From: Gonapodya sp. JEL0774
Lineage: Eukaryota
Reading direction: 5' to 3'
Length of the DNA stretch: 39,898 nucleotides
Assembly (NCBI GenBank): GCA_027604505.1
Contig: JADIIX010000171.1
Coordinates: forward strand, 1 to 39,898
Shown: positions 33,756-39,898 of the stretch, piece by piece
Numbering within the stretch: the stretch's first letter is position 1
Layout of the letters: each line of letters begins with the position of its first letter
Translations under genes and position numbers: made by a program
The notes under the pieces: model-generated
Database searches by the model: none
Seen by the model: only the letters and a program-made list of their open reading frames with translations
Told to the model about the DNA's origin: nothing

Positions 33756-36405
33756 ACCTCGCGTGGAATTCACCTTGGCAACGCTTATTCTACAAAATAA
33801 CACTGAGTCCATTGATGCGTGAAGTGCACGGAGTGTGTCAGTCTTGCCCACCTGAGGTGAGCGAACTTTGTATTGGGGGCGCCATCGCCATGAACATTGG
33901 CTTTGCAAGAACCTACCTGAAGTCACACAATTTAAGCGAATTACCGTAACAAACAATGCACAAGAGCAACTGCATCAGTTCAGAGAGCTTGTGCCGAAAG
34001 AAAGACGGAAATCCTCTGGATGATGGGAACATAAATGAAAGTGTAATTTGGATCCGCAGAGGAGCACACGAACAGCAAAGCAAAGGCACAAAAGTGAAGA
34101 GTTGCTGGTGTGCTGCGATTTCCAGGTTAGCGTCGGACGGGAAAGTATGAGGCGGTGTGGCGTACGACGTGAAATTGATGACGGGTGGAGTGCGGGGTGT
34201 TGGATACAAGTGACGCAGGACTCACGAGATACTGAGGATTTCGAGCAGGGAAAGAAGAGTCGGGAGAACATTGCTACAGAGTTGGCGGCAACAGAAGGGG
34301 CGAGCAAGTGGGCAGGCGGGTCTTACGTAGCATTTGAAGTCAGTGGTTGAAGGCAACCGAGACAAAAGTGGGGATGAGAAAGAAATGGGTAACGTTGAAC
34401 GGTCACTGAGACGCAGCTGAGCCACCACCACAGGGACAGGGACAGGGAACGGAGTCGTCAGCCAGGTCGGCGGAAAGGGAACGTGTCCGGCCCCATGACG
34501 TACATCAGATGGAGGTCGGGCATCACCGAGGGAACACTGCAAGAGGTGCACAGGGGTGGCGGCGTTGGCGGAAGGGAAACGGATACGAGCGGGGTCTGGA
34601 GAGTGAGGAAGTGGATCCCAAGCTCGAGAGTCGCAAGTTTATGGGGAGAAGCGAGATATGGGAGGGTGGGCGAGGGGAGTGCTGGTTCTGCTGATGAGGA
34701 CTGGAGGACTGAAGGACTGCACAAATGCAGAACTCAACCCGCCCGTCCCCACCACCACACCAACCTCCACCACACCAACCTCCCACCACTCCCGCCACCA
34801 CCACGCACGCACTACGTTCCTCGCAATCCCAGAAGTGACTCACGAGAGTGCGCCACCTACCCGTTCTCACATACAGTTTTCCGAAACTGACGCCCACAGG
34901 CTCCACCTCTCGCATTCCCGCACCCCAGAGCTCCCACCTCGCTTCACCCATCACCCGTACCAGTTCACGGCTCACGGCCCACGCGTCGTGTCTTGGTCGT
35001 GGGTCGTGGGTCAGCACCTTTATCCTCGAGGGCTCGAGACTTGACTACTTGACTAAGACCGAAGGAACGTCAGTTTTTTTTTCCGAACGCTGGATGTTAC
35101 TTGATACTATGGGCTGGGGCGTATAGGGTGTGAGGCGCGTCGGTGGAGGGGTTTGCGTTGGGACGGATGTTGAATAGGGAGCAGGGAATGCGGAATGCGC
35201 GATCGCCATCGCGATCACCACCGCCTGTGACGAGTTACTAGAATATCCGCTCTCCCCGACCCCGCCGCATCGCACTGGCACAGTGTGGTGTCACGATTCC
35301 CACTACACACCCCACACCCCACACCCCATATCCCGTACCGCGTGCGTGCGTGGTTGCATTGGTCTTCACAAAGCTCAATTTGAAGCCAGCGACGTTCTTG
35401 GGGCTTGTGAGACCTCGTGGGCCGACTTGCGGCTTCCCTTGTCCACACACCAGGTGCAAGCCTAATCTCATCCTCTTGTCCTTCCTCCTGGCCTCCGCTC
35501 CCTTCCCATGGACAGATTCCCAACCTATCCTTTCTTTCTTACGCCATTCCATGACGGACCCGTGCCCCTCAGCCGGTGCAAACCACTGGGACCTTCCCCG
35601 GACACGAAGAACCCGCTCGCGCACAAGAGGCACAAGTAGATCTCGAAGCTGTTGGGGAGAAGAAACTTTGATGCAACGTTTCGGCTCACGAAAATGGTCA
35701 TTAGAGAGGAGAGATGCGCACGTAGTGAAAGATTCATATTCGGAAAGTGAAAGTGCCCACCTTGAAACTACGGACGTACGAGGAAAGAAGACGAAGCAAA
35801 ATGTGGAGCTGTTCACCAAGAAACCACCGAGATGGGATCTTTGGAGTCCAAAGTGCACGTACGCATATACTGCAAGCTCTGCGAGACACAAACCGGCCAC
35901 AAAGGTTCGCAACTATAATCACAATCGGATATCAAGCACCCGATCGGTACTAAAACACCCTTCCACCGCTCCTGGACTTCTCCTGCATTGGGTGAATTTT
36001 GCGTGCGAAAACGTCGAATGCCTTCGTGATGGAGTTGTGGACGCGCTGTTGAGGCGGTGGAAACAGTGGTAGATGGGGGAGGGGTGGAGGACCGAAGCAG
36101 GGGATGAGGTTTTAAAAAGGGAGATGTGCGGGGAGTAAGCAGTATGTATAACAACAATTGATACAGTTCGGTTGTCTGTATGTGAACGGTGTGTCGGTGT
36201 GCAGAATAGTAATTATTGATAAGGCTCATGTTAGGCCGGTTCCCTCCCAATCCCACTGTCGATTGGCGGTAGAGATTTCCCGCGACCATCAACAGCTGGA
36301 CACGGAATATTTCATATCCGTAGGACAGAAACACAATATGGGAAAATCCCCACTTTCGATTCATGGATTGTAGCAACAATGACTTGTTTTTGAAAAATTT
36401 ACTGA

Positions 36406-36423
36406 AAAAAAAAAAAAAAAAAA
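36406..36423 (+). repeat. Poly(A) tract
   Basis: Uninterrupted A run of about 18 nt. Confidence 0.9.
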
Positions 36424-36986
36424 CAGTGAAACACGTACCTGCATACCGCTCGTCGCCTGTACTCTGTTCAAGTGTGTTTGGCTGCAGGGTCGTACATGAT
36501 CTGTGAACCTTCATTTATATGTGTGTGTCGGAGTGTTGGACATGCACGCCATGCACATTATGCCCGCCGTGCCCAACATGCTCGATTGGTGTGCATCCGG
36601 GCGAGTTCGAAGTGGTGGGTCTGGGTGGCCCCCATTGGGGCCAGGACATGAAAGTCCGGCAGTTTGCCGGCACAATAGTCCATGACCCATCTGACAGTCT
36701 GTCAGAGTGTCACAACAACCACTTCACCCCCAACGCATCACAGTCCAACGTCCACCATCCAATGCCGTCCACACCTCCACTGTCCACCTTCAACTGTTCT
36801 CTGACTCCGCCGACACGGACTATACAGTACAAGGATCTCTCGGTGTGGGACATGTGGCTGATGCAAGTGTTTAGTAACGAATCAATCAGGTTGGCTGGCG
36901 TGAATGACATTCACATGTCAAACATGGCTGGGCTGAAGAGACAGGACAAGACGATGCCTTCAGTGAGCACAAAAAGAGAAAACAAT

Positions 36987-37275
36987 GAGCATTTTCCGAT
37001 CGCACGAGTCCGTTCTGGCACCATTCTGTCGGACAACGGTGTGGCCATATGCTTCAGCTTCTGACACTGCTACACTCTCACCGCACTCAGACACCTTAGT
37101 TCCTCATCAACCAACACGTTTGTTAAAGGCCCGTGTCGTGCCTTCCAGAATCACTGATTATCCCGTGAAAACCCACCCCAAGCTCCATCATTGTTCTCAG
37201 TAAGAAACTCAAGTATCCCACCAGACGTATCGTGCCTTGGAATCTGCCGAGTGGAAGAATGATTGGTTGCGATGC
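36987..37275 (+). repeat. Diverged dispersed repeat, copy 2 (copy 1 at 16920-17226)
   Basis: Same orientation and block order as copy 1; one frame reads QVSHQTYRALESAEWK versus QVSHEMYRALEYAERK. Confidence 0.8.
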
Positions 37276-39039
37276 GTATATTTGCAAATGGTTCCGTCCA
37301 TGTGGCGATTCACATAAATCAAAGGTGTTCGATCTTGAAGAACCCGCGCCTGCCGGCTGTGGGCTCCTCCGAACGGATATCTCCACCCTCAATCTTACCT
37401 GCTGGAACCTGCAAAATACCTGCATCAGTGAATGAGCTGGGGCTGCAGTCCTTGGTACTCGTCCTTCTCGGCATCCGGTACCAGATGAGGGGCGACCCCT
37501 TCAAGCATTCCCACTACTTACCCGCTCACCTTGTTGCCAAGGAATTTGGCACTTGTGCAAGCAAGTAACAGTTTTGATGACCGGACTGCCTTACAACTGG
37601 ACGTCTTTACCCCCATCTGCACGCTAAACTCATTATAAAACTCATTTGTCATGCTGTGGGAAGGTGTCAGACATCAGTGCCTATGAACAGAGGAGATAAG
37701 TTAGTTTCAATGACCACCAATATTGGAAGAATTAAATATCACCGATCTCGGAAGAATGAAAAATGGCTTTAAACAGGGGAGGGCAAAGAGAGGGTGATGA
37801 GAGTCTGCGAAAGACTGCCACTTGGCCACACTAATGGCACTTCAGATGAACTGGACCAGCAAGGAAAACAGTAAATATACGAACCAGAATAGATAGGTAT
37901 AGATATCCAGATAGATTGGGCACATCAGATTCCCAAGACGATCGTCTGATTGAGCAACCAGCATGCCTTACGAGTCCACCATCAGAGGCCAAGGCGCACA
38001 TTAATGTAGCACCAAGGCATCGACCGACTATATGAAGCAGAATCCTGCTAGCCCCCTCAAGTGGATACGTTTCAGCTGCTGGCTCTCAAACGACCATGCC
38101 CATTGCTCAAGCCACCGAAAGCTATAGAACCTTATCACTCTTGTGAATGAGTGTTCTAACACCGGAAAGCTCAACTCCACCCTATCCCGAAGAATAGAGT
38201 GATACGATATCAAACAACAATACCCCACCCCAAAGGAGGGAGTGACGTCCTCTCAAATGACAATGCCCACGCTTTAAGCCACACAAAGCATGCTGCTGGG
38301 ATAAATCAGTCCCACTGGCTGTGAGCCTCTGGTTCCCCAACTGCCGCAGCCATAACAACGGAAGTGGCCTCACTATCGACTGGACTCGGGTCTCCCTTGA
38401 TGGTGAGACTTGTTGGTGACATTTGCCGGTAGCAAGACAGTACAGCTCAGTGAGAATCTAGGTGGTGATGTAGCGGTAGGGACGAGATGTAGTGTTACCC
38501 GCTTGGGAGAGGTCGTGGGAACGAGGGAGGAGAGAGAACAGGTGGAACTCCAATTGCGCTGAGGTGATGTGGGAGGTGCTTCTGTGGGAGAATACATAAC
38601 TGGACCATGAGTGACACCACTACCTGCCCAAACTACTGGGGGTAACTCACCAGCCGCCCCACCACCACCACCACCTACTTGACATCATCCCATCCAGAAG
38701 ACCAAGCCTTCCACCCTCCTTTTTTGATTTGGACTCGGCCACGAACCAAAAGAGCGAAGAACAGAGCGAAGAAATGAGTGCCCCTGATATAAGTGACCGT
38801 GGTGGTCAGTGGAGCTGATGGTCCACATCGTGGAAAAACGCGAAACGTATCAGAACAAAGAAAGGAATGAGGGAAAATGAGCACTTTCAAGATCGGGGGT
38901 CACCAAAACAAGAACAGTCGCACTTACCATTGTCCTACGAACGCCTCCTTGACCATGACCAAACCATGACGGTGTACCCACTTTGCCATTCCCTGTTCCG
39001 GCCCATCCATCCCGTCCTCCTCCATGGGGTTCACACTCC

Positions 39040-39841
39040 CGTTACTCCCGGCTCCTCTCTTCTTGCACTGCTTCCTCCCAGTCAACTTCGCAAGAGTCAG
39101 CTGAAGGAAGTAGTGTTTCATGGGAGTAAAACGCCGGGTTGGAGGAGGAGGCTTGCTGTGGGCGGCACAGGTGTCACCGATCGTGCTGCTGCTCCAGCTC
39201 CTGATACCCCAGACCCTTGCGACCCAGTCTGTCCAGTGTCCAAACTGGCGTTCGATTCCACACTCCTCTCCACATCGCTCACCCTCGGACTCAGGCACAT
39301 CGCAGCCTCCCCAGTCTCCCCCACTCCCTCCATCTCACCACTGGCCTTCACCCCCACACCCCCGCTCCCGTCCCGCCCTGCCCCCAACCCCATCACCATG
39401 CCGTTCTCTTGGTGTGGTTTTTCGGGGACGTGGCCCGTCTTTGCATCATCACTGTCTCCACCCCTTCGCCATTACCCCACGGGTGGGGGGCGCAGTGGAC
39501 GTGGACGCGCACGATGGAGACGGCGACGGGTGTCTGAAATACCCCGAAGCGTGGGACAGGGACTGGGAGGGCAGTTTGGCACCCCGGCGGGCCGTGACCA
39601 GCAATGGGTGACAGAGCCCCAGGATTACTGGCACCTGAGGTCGTGCTGAATTCCGAGAGACCACGGGCCCGTTGGGTGGGTTTCCTGGCGGCCGCACCTG
39701 TTCCACCTCCTCCACCAGCTCCAAACCGCAAAACGTCATCCACCCTCTTCCCTCCCCACCACCTGCACTACCTGCGTAGATGGCCTCCCTCACCCCACTC
39801 TTAACGAGCATTGATGCCGCAGACGTCCTATCTCGTAACAC
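39040..39841 (-). pseudogene. Decayed low-complexity gene fragment
   Basis: Protein-like S/G/A/P-rich frame interrupted by three in-frame TGA codons (39120, 39099, 39084), with a frame change upstream. No family recognised. Confidence 0.35.
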
Positions 39842-39898
39842 ACCATTTTGAGACCCAAAAGCGGTATTCGCCTCTATGAAATCCCCGTTTTCCCGTTC

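Noticed and set aside
33760..36400. ORFs including 35350..36072 (240 aa)
   Set aside because: No recognisable domain or consistent exon chain; may hide a gene but I cannot support it.
1..39898. tRNA, rRNA or other structured RNA genes
   Set aside because: None recognised by eye; tRNAscan-SE and Infernal are needed to exclude them.

Overview
Intron-rich eukaryotic DNA, fungal (a spliced Zn(II)2Cys6 factor and an SPX-RING ligase are present); probably an early-diverging lineage, which is my inference only. Most real genes are split, so the ORF track shows fragments and I spliced gene models by eye from GT-AG sites. Left to right: CpG-poor decayed DNA; a D-2-hydroxyacid dehydrogenase; a bacterial-type P450 with a membrane anchor and 6 introns; three co-oriented single-pass receptor-like genes (a GH9 lacking its catalytic residues, two paralogs with a small Cys-rich ectodomain); a TET/JBP-like dioxygenase; a PB1-like gene; SPX-RING; a Zn2Cys6 factor; a 6-exon MscL with a CxxC/CxxC tail facing a truncated paralog; and decayed DNA on the right. 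The main finding is one minus-strand gene model (31549 to 28307) joining a HET-s/HRAM-like amyloid motif, NB-ARC, TPRs and, via a 69-bp intron removing the apparent stop, about 7 RNI-type LRRs. Each LRR is on its own phase-1 exon in a recently duplicated array. Described fungal NLRs generally lack LRRs. The gene carries one in-frame TGA and lies between two ~770-bp direct repeats. No database searches were run.
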